This document shows, one piece after another, positions 27,371-40,452 of a DNA stretch of 64,000 nucleotides (its first letter is position 1; each line of letters starts with the position of its first letter). The notes beneath the pieces are model-generated. The model had not been told where the DNA came from and did no database searches. It saw only the letters and a list, made by a program, of their open reading frames with translations. The translations under genes and the position numbers were made by a program. This stretch comes from Tubulanus polymorphus (lineage: Eukaryota > Animalia > Nemertea): NCBI RefSeq assembly GCF_964204645.1, contig NC_134030.1, positions 7,731,122 through 7,795,121 on the forward strand, in the 5' to 3' direction.

Positions 27371-29752
27371 AAATGTCTCCGGCTACTAAAGGGTTGATAT
27401 CAAAGTTGGAAGATGACATTCCGGCGCTATTGTATGATTCACAGGGCATTAATTGCAGGTTCACATGTCTTATGATTTTCCCCGAGATCGGTTGTCAAGG
27501 GACGACGGGAAAACGACCCACAAAATCTCGCGGCAGTTGATTGCCTGATGCGTATACGAACAACGAACATTGATTCGATATTAGATAAAACGCATGCTGC
27601 TGGGGCCTGATTGCCAATTGTTGATAACCGGTCTGAAATTGTCGTTGTAATACACTCTTAATGGGTGACGTCTTAAATGAATTGAGTCATTTTTGACGTT
27701 AATGGGCTTGTTACCCATCTCAAAGGATTGTCTACTGCGACCGGCTGTGATTCCATTGTTACGCGCTTAATATCTACAATATCTACATACATCAACAATA
27801 TCGGGGCTGTGAAAAAAATTAATATCGATTTGTGTGGCTGCAGCGCTGGAATTTCCTCTACTCGTCGATGGCAAATAGCAGTTTTCAGCGAGGAGGTGCC
27901 TCGCTAGAATTTGCCTATCCCATTATCACTCTGTATTTCATCTGCATCTGCACGAAAAAATTAAGATTTTTTCGCATTTTCGATCGTTTTACTATTTTCG
28001 ACAATTCTGGGCCATATTCATGACCGATAAATATTTTGTCGTATTTCAATTATTCTGATGGCTGTACCAGCCAGCCAGCCACTACTTTACTGAATTGAAT
28101 ACGCGGGAAGTTCGGCCACTTTTGGCCGATTGCGCATTTGAGATGGTATTTACTCGCTGCTCGTTTAAATCGTCGTCCATCACAAGCTGAACGCGAACGA
28201 GGGATGAGGCCGAGTTTAAATTGAATTGACTCACCTCGCGTAATCCGTCGTGGCGGTCCCAAGGGACCGGTCCAAATAGCGAGTAAAGCTGTCCCCAGGC
28301 ACCAGTCTCGATTGATATACCTCTTGTAAGGGATCAATGTTTGACGTTATTGTGTACTGTTAAATTGATGAGCAAATCACTGAGCGACGTAGTTTATGGA
28401 CTGCGCCAGTCGGACGGCTGTATCAGAGGGGATTTCTGATGAATCCGGTATTCTTTCAAAGATGCCATCAATGGATTCGGCAAACTATGTATGGTAAATC
28501 CCCTATCGTGGTCCGCAGTGCTATCCCGGTAAAGTCGTATGACATTTGTCAGTGGTCAAAGTTCTATCATTTGCGTTGAAAGTTTTTTCTGCGTGTAATT
28601 TGTTTCTTACACGCATATCGAATAAAGGATCGTAAAGTTTCTCAAAGTTCTTAATTTGAACGAAACATCTGGATTTTCCATTATCTGTACCCTTGATGGC
28701 TCTTCATATGTAAGGCTGAGTCTATTTTTTTGTTTTCGTTTTAATTATTGAAATTTTATTAGATGTTTCAGTGAAGTTGCATTTTTTTGTCAACGATGGG
28801 ATTAGTTGTTTCTCCTTGATCAGTAGCAGTTGCAAAATTCTGATTTCATCTCGTCGTCTAAATACACCCCCCCCCCAAGTAGCGTCGTTGTTCATATGGC
28901 TGAGGTTGTTCATTGTTGGTGAATAAACGCGTATATTTTTACGAAGCAAAGACACGGGTGTAAATCACAGCCCGGGCGGCCATTGTTGTGCAATTTGCTA
29001 CATGTCGCATGAAAACGTCGTTATTCAGATGCGTATCGTGAAGTCATCAAAGGTACGACTTTAGCGGAATAAAGATGCCATAAATCAGATGATGTTAAGA
29101 TGACAACGTTGTAGATGATGGATGTATCTATGATACACGCGATACAGACTCACAGTCGACTCCCGACTCCAGGTATTCAAAAATACATCTTAAAAAAGGA
29201 GATGATCAAATGTTATCATTTCGGTTCGATGATGAATAGAGTTTGAGAGTTTTGCCCGATGAAAACATCTACGCATATAGTTTAGTACAATAGTCTCCTA
29301 TATGTAATATCAGAGCGCGTCATATTGGATATCAAGCCCAAGCCGTTAACTGAAGTAAAAGGTCACTGTTCATTGCCTTTAAGTATGCCCAATATGATGC
29401 AAGTGAACAATACAATATCCGTGTATTACCTCTTACCTTGGAGTAATCAGACTGATTACTCCAAGGTCCTACTGATGAGCAATCATCTCAATGATCTTTG
29501 GATGATTGCTCATAGGGCCTACTGATGATACTAGATATCATTGGGTTATTTAGATGATCAGCTCACCTGAGATAGGGATAGGCAATGAAAGGGTTAATGT
29601 TTTTTAATGACAACTGGCATGGTTTTGTAACTTTTCAGTAATCAGGTATTCTTCAAGTTACATTATATTGTTTGTTTTTTAAAGACGACCGACATGGTTT
29701 TGTTACTTTTTTCAGTAATCAGTAAATAGTATTCTTCTTCAAATTCCTTACA

Positions 29753-30122
29753 TAGGGCCAAACAAAAAATGTATTCTGTTTCTGGTCAGCGCGCGTCGAT
29801 CTAGAACCCCCGTGTCAAAATTTTTTTTCGGAAACAAAAGTCGGCTCCAAAATTCGCGCACCGTGCGCTAGCGCCAACTAATCGCCGATTTCGTCAAACG
29901 CGGAAGTTTAGTCCATCTATCTTTTCATTGCTATTGTCTGATTGTTGATGAAAACTAAAAGCATGTTGATATCGTTGTCAATTTTGAAAGGGCGGGCTAC
30001 TATACGTCCGGTCGGACTAATCCATCACACTGGATAGTCAAATGTAGGAACATTAAAAAAAAAACGCATCATTTTGTGCAGAAGGGCCTGACCAGAAACA
30101 GAATATATTTTTTTTTGCCTTA
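29753..30122. mobile_element. MITE with ~35-bp TIRs
   Basis: TAGGGCCAAACAAAAAATGTATTCTGTTTCTGGTCAG ... CTGACCAGAAACAGAATATATTTTTTTTTGCCTTA. Confidence 0.8.
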
Positions 30123-31010
30123 TATCGTGTTGTTTTTTTATGTGCCGAGGAAATAGTAATTCCACTCGGCAAGATTTCCGTGTGTGTACATCCATGTTGT
30201 ATAAATATCATAAGCGTCGTCATTGATGGCGACTACGAATACATAACCGGGCGGTCTTAATCGTGTGGCTGGCTGGTGCGGGAGCGGAGACGCCAACGGT
30301 CACCGGGGACAGTTCTCCTGTCACCGATAACTCCTCGCATTTACATTTTACGATCGTGCTTTTTTGGCGTACGAACGCTTTTCTCGCACGTAGGATTTGA
30401 ATTAACACGCCGAAATGTTTGCGTCTTAAAACTTCCGCTGCCGGCCGAGTGTTTGAATTGATGGGTATTTATTAACTTCGTCTCGGCGTCGTTTTCGCGG
30501 CTCGCCGTAAAATTTCTACTTTCGCGCACGAACTTTTTCGATAAATTTCGTCGCGTCCACAAAGTTCTTACATGCGATTCGGCTATTTGTCACCGGAGAC
30601 GAATTCAATCATTACACATTTGTACGTGGTGTTGCTGCCATAAATATCTACGAATATGTCGCTATTGGGAATTCTACATTCGAAACAGTCCGGGATAATT
30701 ATGATTTGTATGGTCTTGATTCCAGTTGTTCATTTTTTCCATCTTCTATGTCATGCATCGACATTTGATCATTCTCTGTATATGAAGACGTTGCAAGTGT
30801 CGGCGATGGTATTACCGGAGACATGGTCGCTCATAGCGTTGATTCCCCGAGCTAATGAACTCGTACTTCCTCTATCACCTCTTCGTTCTAAATGACCAGC
30901 CATTAATGTTCATTTGTCTTTCTATGGGATAATGTCATTCGTCCATCGTCTTCTTCGCCGTAGTCGAAATTTATCGCCGGAGACCCGTGGACCTTCGATC
31001 TATCGAACTC

Positions 31011-31013
<3 letters not shown>

Positions 31014-31050
<37 letters not shown>
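31014..31050. repeat. (CT)n microsatellite
   Basis: Direct read. Confidence 0.97.
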
Positions 31051-31055
<5 letters not shown>

Positions 31056-31662
31056 GTACACGACGACGATGATGTATAACTCGTTCTAATTGAATGTCGG
31101 TAGGACGTAAATCGGCAATTTACTCCCCGTGCCCGTTGGGATCTGAGACAACCTGAATTAGCGCGGAATTAGTATTCGCGTTTTGCGTTAATTCTCCGGC
31201 CAGCATTCATACAAGTAATTACAGTTGCCTGATTACAAGTGCGCGTATTGTCCGTTTATGGCCTTCGTCGCCGGACACGAGACCATCTTTAACGCGAATT
31301 AGTCGACGTCTTGTCTCAAAATTTAAGATTTATAATCCGCTTGAATTGCGCTCATCGCCGTCCGATGGGACCCGTTACGCCGGTCTTCAAAGCACGCATT
31401 TATAGTTATTAGTCAGTGTATAAATACATCATCTCGCGTTCTCTCGATTCTCGGCGAGTATTTTATAACGAAAATGCGAAGCGAGATGTTCACTCGCAAA
31501 ATCAATATTATCTGATCATTGGTTCATCGATGAGCAGCGCTCATTAATCCATGATATAAAGTAATTAATGAATTATAACATTCTATATATTATCGATGCG
31601 GCGTAAACAGTTATGGAATGTCCAGGACGCAGTTGGTGGATAGATATGCAATACTTAATCCC

Positions 31663-31769
31663 CAGGACCCAGTTCCACAGTTCTGAGTTAAGAATTGACT
31701 CTGAGTTAACTCATTGAAAATGAACTAATTTTAACACTACTAACTCTAACTCGGAGAAACTGGATCCTG
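31663..31769. mobile_element. Short MITE
   Basis: CAGGACCCAGTT ... AACTGGATCCTG inverted ends with internal GAGTTA/TAACTC repeats. Confidence 0.6.
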
Positions 31770-31794
31770 TTTGGTGTTAAAAAGAGCCTTATAC

Positions 31795-32205
31795 TTAATG
31801 AAAATCCTGAACTTTTGACAGTTCTTCCGGATGAAACTACCAAACTTCTTCCAAAAGAAAATGCCTTAATTCTTGATAAAATGTAAGAAGGGCATCTTTT
31901 GAATGAAAATGTCATACTTCTAGATGTAGATGAATGTTTATTTTCATTATTAAACTTTCCAAATTAGTCGAATGTACCAAATGAAAGTACCTAGCTAATA
32001 AACGAAAGAACCTTCTAAATGAAGGCATCGAACTTCTAAATAAAAGAGCCAAATTTCTTCGAAAGGAAACTACCAAAAATCTAAATGAAAGAACCAAATT
32101 TTTTCAAAATGAATGTACCAAACTCTTATGAATGTACCAAATTTCTTCTAAATAAAAGTACCAAACTTTTGAATGTAAGTCGCCGAACTACTTCTAAATG
32201 AACTA
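31795..32205 (+). repeat. Degenerate ~20-25 bp minisatellite (AATGAAAGTACCAAACTTCTA-like)
   Basis: Recurrent GAA(A/T)GTACCAAA(C/T)TT and TTCTAAAT units. Confidence 0.65.
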
Positions 32206-33003
32206 GTATAGATCGGCTAGTTGTTACTGGTGTGGTTATTTGCCCTTTGCTCTGTGACGGTCGATCTCTTTACGCAGTTCAATTATCTATCAATGCGGCG
32301 TACGACACGCGTATTTTTTCATTTGCCCGATGACTTATAACTCGATCGTCCGGCGGGGACAAAACGCGAATAAATTCCCGTAGAATTCGCGTAATCGCAT
32401 TCATCAAACTCACATTCGTACCGGGACAATATCAGGTCCGATCTCGCCGACGAACCGGTTGTTTGTCGGTAGGTAAACCTGATTTGCCGTCGTGATTGGT
32501 TCGTTTATTCCTCGGTTCGTCCATCAATTTTACTCTCATTTTATACCTCCGTGTATGAAATGGCCGCCGTTATTGAATCACGGAGAAATGAGGTATTTTT
32601 TCAGAATCGGAGTACGTCTAATTGAGTTTTTCCGTCCAGTGGTCAAATACGTTCGGCTTTGATTGATGGTATTGAATCGATGTTCTCCGCTTGTTTTTGT
32701 CGATAGGACGAAGTTGATCCGTTTTGAATAGCGAGGTCTGGTTGTAAACCGGTTTGAACTTTGACCGGCGTAACTCAATTTCAGTCAAGACTTTAATTCG
32801 ATTGGCTGTGAATTTTCATCGCTGCTGGTGACTTCATTAAGATTTAAACGTCTGCGGACTTTTTACAGGCCTATAATTGCCACGTTTGGTGAAATAGGAA
32901 TGATAAATAACCTGCGAGGGAGACCATTTGGCCCGGGTCAAACTGGCCCAGATCAGAATCAGATTTCGTCCGTGCGCGATTAGAGAGCATTTTCACTCTT
33001 ATC

Positions 33004-33325
33004 CTTGGTTCCCACGGAACAGGGAAATTGGGAAAAACTTGGGAATTTTGAAATAATAAATCCCGGTTTGGAAATATTTGGGAATTTGAAAAATTTTCCT
33101 CATATCAGGGAAATATTTGGGTTATTCATTACATTTCACATATTGCATTTGCCAAGGGCAATTTTCTTCAGCAATTTCCCTTGAAAATCACCTTTCTCAA
33201 CCAGTCACCGCTAAAATGTTGACTGTTGCATGACGATATGTGTTCATTTGCATTTGGGAAAATCATCCATGAAGTACTGGAGAAAAACTTGGGAATTTTG
33301 AATTCATATAACTGTGGGAACCATG
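33004..33325. mobile_element. MITE nested inside a family A copy
   Basis: TIR C(T/A)TGGTTCCCAC, direct flanking TCTTATC (32997-33003 and 33326-33332), subterminal TTGGGAATTT repeats. Confidence 0.85.
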
Positions 33326-34634
33326 TCTTATCAGTCACTCATAGTACTGTGCTATTAAAACGCTGTTGTGGCTGTGGTGAGTGAGGCGAGTCACTTCCAG
33401 AACCAGCAAGCATTTTCACTGGAGTGATTAACCGTGCTAAAATTTGGCACAGGCCTGATCCGGTTTTTTTGGTGCGACCAAATTCTGGTCCACATTTCAT
33501 ACAGTCACGGACCCATCTAAATCGCTTGCGCGATCGCGGCCATATGTATCGACTTCAGGCAGTTCAAACAGCGTAGATCCTTATTAAGTGACGTGTGCTT
33601 GGGAGAAATCTGCAAGTCTGACGGCTGTTGTTTATTACTATACTGGACTGTACCTGCTCGAAAAGATCATTACTACTAATTTATGGTGCGTCCGCGAGTT
33701 GATTTCTAATGTCTCACTGATAACAACTACAGTAGATACTGTTGTTCGTGGGTCAGTTTGGAAATCTCTTAGTTAAAAGTGTTTCAAGAATTGGGCAGAT
33801 TCAGTTGAAAAAAACGTAGATTTTTTTATTGTTTGTCAAGCCCAATGCAGGCACGGATTCAGATGGTTGCACCAAAGGCATACGCTGCCGTCATGAACGT
33901 TTCGTGTCCTTGCACAAAAAGCAGTGAATTTTCAAAAAATGTTTGGGTTTGTCATGGATTATACCCCTAGTTGTGCTACGTAGGGAAACACAGAAACATG
34001 GAATCGAACATGTTTCCCTATACATCATGTGCATTGGACTTGAAATGTAACCTGGTTTAAGTCAGAACAGACTTTAGCTATGCCTAAGTTAAGATCATTT
34101 TCATCCAATAACTACTACTACACGTAACACATGTTATTCACAGAACTTGTTTTCGACCGATATCTTGATTCTGCCAGCAGCGCTCGTGAATTTTCTTTTT
34201 TGAGAATACGTTATGAGAAAATGTTCATTTTCTAGAAAATAATCAATGAACGTTGTGTGTGCGTGTGTGTGTGATCGCAGTACCTCGCAGCTTCTTGACG
34301 AGCGCGAGTCAAGTGTGCGGGTAAGAGGTATTTTTTACCTTTAATTAGTTTTCACGGCTTTGTTTCCGAACACGAGTTTCCTGTGAATACTGCGACCAAT
34401 ATTCATCGTTGCCGCCGAGCTCTCTCTCATAACCGGTGTATTTCTCGTTGGACGTTTATATGTTTGTATTACTATCGAGATGACAGCTCGTTTCGTCGTA
34501 TATTGGTAATTCGATGCTGTAATGCGCACCTATCCGCACGGCGGTCTTTGCTCGGACAGGTATATTCAACGTTTTATTAAAACGAATGAATGTCCTCCTC
34601 CGCCGCAGCAGCGATGACGACGCTGGTGCCCGTG

Positions 34635-34860
34635 CCAGTGCTACAAGCGTCGTTTTATCTTCACCGGCGTAGCTGATAAAACAGTAACCAAAATAATGAA
34701 TCTAAAGGCGGGTGTAGGTCAACTTGCAACATGACATGAACGCTTTACAAGCATCCCAGTGATACAAGCGTTGCTTTATCATTACTGGCGTAGCTGATAA
34801 AACTGTATGTAACCAAACAAAAGAATATAAAGGCGGGTGTAAATCACTTGCAACACGATC
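34635..34860 (+). repeat. Diverged ~120-bp tandem duplication
   Basis: CCAGTG(C/A)TACAAGCG...GGCGTAGCTGATAAAAC...AAAGGCGGGTGTA occurs twice. Confidence 0.85.
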
Positions 34861-37800
34861 GGTTGCGACTGGTCATAACTAATAGGCGTGCAGGTCACGA
34901 TGCCATGGTCGGTGATGGTGTGCGACTAGTCTCTGTCAGTGGCAAGAGCATTGTCTGTTGGTTGCACCAAGAAGAGCAAGGTTGTGACTAGGTATTACTA
35001 GGTTGTGAGGGTATGTAGGTTTGCTAGTTTGTAGAAAGTCGTGTTGCAGCAGCAAGTCACTGGCAAGGCCTACTATATATGCCTATATAATATGCCTGTC
35101 TTCCAGATACGACCTGTCTACCACCACTTTAAGTCATGTCTACCACCACTTTAAGTCATTTTTCGCTGCATTCAATGAGATTCAGGATACTTCAAAATCC
35201 ATAATTTTCCCATTACTGATTTTTGCATACACATGGTCATTATATACTGATAGTTTTGTCATTGCTGCCTGATATCAGATTATATTTAATAAGAATATGC
35301 TATCGAATTCTTCTGCTCACTTCCTTCTTTTTCTATTCCCTCGTGAGGAATGTTTTCGAATCGCAGGTGTTAACTCAGTATGCCAGTTATCCTCATTTAC
35401 GATGTTTACGAAAAGTCACCTCTTCTTCATTTATGAAAACACTGCGCTTCGCGGTCTTGGGGGAAAAACAAGCGATTCATTTCAGGTGTAACATACCGAA
35501 CTTGTTCTCATTCTTTCGATATAATCGGGGTCCATTTCAGTGAAAATTTTAAATTCTGCGAAAATGAACGGCGTCCTGTCGCTATTCATTGAGATCATAT
35601 ACGGAGTCAGTAACCGACCTCTGTTGTTCCAGTCACTAACCTTAATTTGGTAGCGAGTATTCTTGACCTGCTTCGAACAGTTCGAGCTAAAAAGTCAACT
35701 GCAAACGAAGCTAAATTAACTTAAAAACATATGAAACGGCCCCGCATTAACCAAGAAAAGTATCCAATATTTATATAAGGTTTTTGTGTGCGCTGGATTC
35801 TGTACCAGAGTTGCTATGTTTGCACCTGTTTTTTTACCGTATTCCCGGAATATTTCTTCATCGCTGAGGTGTATCGCGATTAAATCTAATGAAACTTATT
35901 TTTTTTCTAGTGTAGTATTCAGTAGCATTCATTTTGCCAGAAGTTAAAGGAATATTACCTGGATTTTGTTTACAGAAAGGTTCTCTTTGCTTTTCTTTCC
36001 TTTTGTTCGTAAAGAAAGTATATAATGTTCTGTTCTCTGATGTTTTCAAGCTGTTTTTTGCACCGCCGATAGGTAAATCAAAGCTCATCGTTTTGATTTT
36101 TGACCTCTTGTATAATCTATCATCTATAATTTTGAGACATCTTGACCGGCAAAGTTATCGAAGAATTTACACACCACACTACCCGAACTCTCCAGAAACA
36201 CAGAAGTATTTCAAAAGTTTCCATAGCTTCTAACTAAGGCTTGAAAGCCTTGAAAAATAGCATAAATATTGCGTAATATTATCGACAATTACTAATGTAG
36301 TATAAATTATATGATATTACGGATCAATAAAGTTATTTGAATATATCGATCATTGAATTGAATTGACTGGCAACCAGTCTAGCCCCGATATATTGATGAT
36401 GTAGTGCACATCCTCTTAAAAAGATTATCAAAATAAAATAATGAAATATTATAAAACATTTTTACGGAATTCACAATTGTAATTGTCATTTTGAAACCCC
36501 TGACATTGACGACGTTTTGTACATACAGAACCTTTACTAGGTATCAATGTTTATAAACATTATTGTTTTTACGGTGTCAGAAAATCTCTAATTGAGTTGT
36601 ACGTGATTGTGCGAAACGCCGGTATGCGGAGTGGCGAGGGTTAACGTTACGCACGGCTAGTGTAATCACATCGCATTAATCTAGGCAGGTAGGTTCAGCG
36701 GAGCTGGATTAAAGCCGGATTAATTGCCCCGGTGATCCAGTGAGTACGGATTAGCGACTGTCATACATAAAGTTAATCATGCTCCGGCTGCCATTATCGT
36801 CGTCATCCTTCCGTCTGATTATATAACCAACGAGGATGCAGATGACAAACTCTGTGCAGGAAGTTTAAAAAAAAATGAATACACAGTCAGTCCATCCGGC
36901 TTGTTATTCTCGTACACTTATTAATTCTGATTTATGCATTTGTTTAATGCGTCTTCATTCAACTAACGTTTACGCGACTACAAATTCGAAACGAGATTAC
37001 GTTCCACAGTTCTGACATTAAACAAGGTCACTAAATTAAGTCAGTCTTTCGTAACACTAGATCCTCGATCGCGCTGCTACCTTCTTCGAGGTGATTTTTT
37101 GTATCCTAACAGCTCTTCGCGCCAACTATACTACATCTAGGCAAAATGAATGTTTGAATCCTAAAAAAAATCCTATATAATGTGTATATTATACTGTATA
37201 CAGGCAAATATCTATATCTATAACTGAACTTTTTAAAAGTAAGGAAGTTCTCTCTGGCGATGATTGTAATTTCAGTTTGATGAATGTCAAGATGTTTATC
37301 GATGTGATAGATAATTTCAGGGATTTATAACCAGCCAGCTGTGGCCATTTCTATAGAGTAGAGAGAGAGAAATGTGAAAAGTTGAACAAGTACAAATTTT
37401 TAACGAATGCACGTAATGAGTGAAATGTAATGTTAAAAGCCACCCGTTGTCAGGTGAATTATATACGGCAATATGTGCTCCTTGCTCCTGCTAGGCACTG
37501 ATGGTTTCATATTGAACACCTGTAGATCGCCTCTGACGACTACAACGCAGAGTTGCAGATGTCGGTTTATAGCACATGTCACCGATTAGTTCTTCAGCGA
37601 TACCTTGTGGTCGTGGGGTCAGCTTGGACCACGGGTGTAATTCAGACCACGGGTGTTACGCGAAGCAGAACAACCGATGGCCACGTGGCTCCGCCGTTTC
37701 TAATGATCGTTGGTCGCAGGTTGTAGTATCAACTGTTGTCCATTGAACTACTGAACTAACTGCTCGATCGCTCTTCATTCATGAAATCCAAAATGTTTTT

Positions 37801-38459
37801 AAAAGTCTTAATACAAGTCGGTCAGCAATTTCATTCGACTATTTTACGAGTGTAAAGAAGAAAATCGCGATCTGAGTCGTCGGATCTATTTAGTTTTGAG
37901 TCATAGATTTTTTCACGTTTTTGCGAAATTGAACCCATTAAATTATTGTTTCAACTCCGGCTCAGTCAACAGTTGTCTAAGAACCATTACGGAAATTAGA
38001 GAAATGCAATTATATCTGTGATGGCGTTGTGTACGTATTCGTCTTTAGTTTATTAGAAGTTCAAATCAAGTTGAACGAATCGATTGTCGAAATGGAATCC
38101 GTCTCGATGATGGTCATTATTATGTTATTTATGCGCGCGCGGATTAAAATTCCATCGGTCTTGTAAAATTCTGACAAATTGGGGATTTCAAATCGGTGTC
38201 TTAATGATTGCTGCGTTTTGGAATCAGTGATTCATGCGTAAAGACCCCGATGTACCCGACGGATGATGCCGATGAGGAAATGCTTATAGATGAAAATGAT
38301 GATGATAACAATGATTATGATCTTCTTGTCTACAAATTCAACTAATGATTGACCTAAAAATAATCTTGGTTTTACTGATATGTTTTGTAACTTTGATAAT
38401 ATGTGACAATAATAGTTTGTATGGCATCATAAAACAAATGATTCATTTTATGCTTTCAG

Positions 38460-38591
38460 ATGACCGGTCCATTGATGAGGAAGAAATTAAGAAATACCTT
38501 GCCCGGGCAGACACCGCGATCGTTTATCCCGAGGCCGTCAGCGAAGAGGAGGATGATGATAGAGCTACGGATGATGATGAAAATGATGACG
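38460..38591 (+). CDS. ZEB: ZEB upstream coding exon ([19 protein letters not shown])
   Basis: tttcag acceptor and G|gtaag donor, phase 1/1. Peptide matches the conserved ZEB motif (vertebrate ZEB2 YLQRSDTAIIYPEAPEE) and splices in frame to 45208. Confidence 0.9.
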
Positions 38592-40419
38592 GTAAGAGCA
38601 TGACGCTCCTTATGCTTCCATAAACTGGCTATGGAGCCTAAATCTCCTTGGGCTGGTTCCTTAGTTTAGACTTAAGTCTTAAGTCAAAGATGATCTTAAA
38701 TCTTAATACTGGTTGTAATTAGATTGGTTATAGAACTATAGAACTAAGATGGTCTTAAATTGGTCTTAAGTCTAAGCCATGACTATGGAACTGGGCCCTT
38801 ATGACAACATCAACTTTGACAGACAATGTGGCTGTCAGATCCATTTACTAGTAGAGTAGGCAATGTGATGATGTCATAGGTGATATATGGAAGCGGCCAT
38901 CTTTAACGAAGGGGGCTTGTAGCACGTCAGAGGGTGTTTATCCCACTTGTTAACGCTGCTGGTATGTATTATTCTTCAGCGGTTTCGACTCCTGTGGTTT
39001 ACTGAGTGCTGTTTTCATAACATCATCGTCATTGTCAATGAGTCGTTTGATATCCATAGTTCGTATATCGATGCAAAATATTATCGTTACTCAGCGGAGT
39101 CAGCCAAACATGGACGCCCACGATTAATTCAAAGATACCGACGAGACTACGACTAAATCGCCTGAATTTTTTAAATTACACGTGTGACTCATCTTCACCG
39201 AGAGACGAGATTCCATTGAAACCAGATTTGGAAAGTATTTTGGAATAGTATTTAAATCCGTAATCGCCAATCTGTCTATTTGTGTATCTGTATGAGTCAA
39301 ACGTATTTTTGGCTGGTGATGGATGAGGGAAATACCATCTACATATCTATTTAGATAATAGACAAATACACTATATAACTTTTATAACAATAAACGAGCG
39401 AAATAGGAAAATAGTGAAAAGTACCTATAGAAATTTTATTTGCATTAGATATTCATCGTGTAGTTTGTCGATTAGATGTGATAAGCATAATTATGGACAA
39501 ATCCATAGTATTATTATTCTCAATGACAAGTAAATCTGTACATTTGTTCTCTACTACAGTACCTGAAGCTCGATGTGTAGTTTGTCGATTAGATATGATA
39601 ACCCCGATTATGGACAAATCCAAAGTATTATTTTTCTCAATGACAAGTACCGTACATTTGTTCTCTACTACAGTACCTGAAACTCAATGTTAAAATGAGT
39701 CGAGGCTAGGTGTTGAGGCGTTCCTGATTAGTGGATTGAAAATGATTATTTGTCCCTCGCAGCAAATATGGTCTGGAAGCACAGCTTAAAAAAGGTTCAA
39801 ATCGGATTCATTCGATACAAGGTGTTGCCCAATGGTTTCATTTCGCATGGCTGGTTTCCAGGCACACTGACCGGTCACAGATGTCCGCCCGTGATCCACC
39901 TGTGACCGCCGTACCTTCGAATATTCGTTAGTTCACAGCATGATGTCATAGGTACATAGGCATAAATTACGCACGCCTCAATTCATTTTTACTATATACC
40001 AATGAAAATATCGAAAATGGAAAAGTTTCTAACAACTATAGAAGTCGTTATGGAGTCATTATGGTGTAATTAATATTTGCCACTTTAAAAAAATGACGCA
40101 TAGCAATTGAGACATAATTAAGACATATCTTACTAAACTAGTGGTTTATCATTCGAGTATTTCACCGTTTTAGTTCGAAAGGTTTTGGAAAATACATGAA
40201 TTCCAACGTCAATTACTCGACCATTTATCTCTGACGTTTTTCGAATATGTCATCGGTGTTCCAACCAGTCGTCGAAAAATATATAGAACAATGAGTAAAA
40301 AGTGGTTATGATGCTGGTCCCTGTTCTTATTACGGAAGGCAGGTGTTCGGACAGTTATTATATCTTGATGATTTGACCTGGGTAATTTGTACGTTCACAA
40401 TGAGTCCGAGAGCGTTATT

Positions 40420-40452
<33 letters not shown>

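Noticed and set aside
1-38200. ZEB first exon with the RRKQANP motif
   Set aside because: Not found by eye in the window; probably further upstream or diverged.
38345-38459. Hydrophobic signal-peptide-like N-terminus of ORF 38345-38623
   Set aside because: Most simply AT-rich intron upstream of a good tttcag acceptor; a secreted or membrane ZEB is implausible without transcript evidence.
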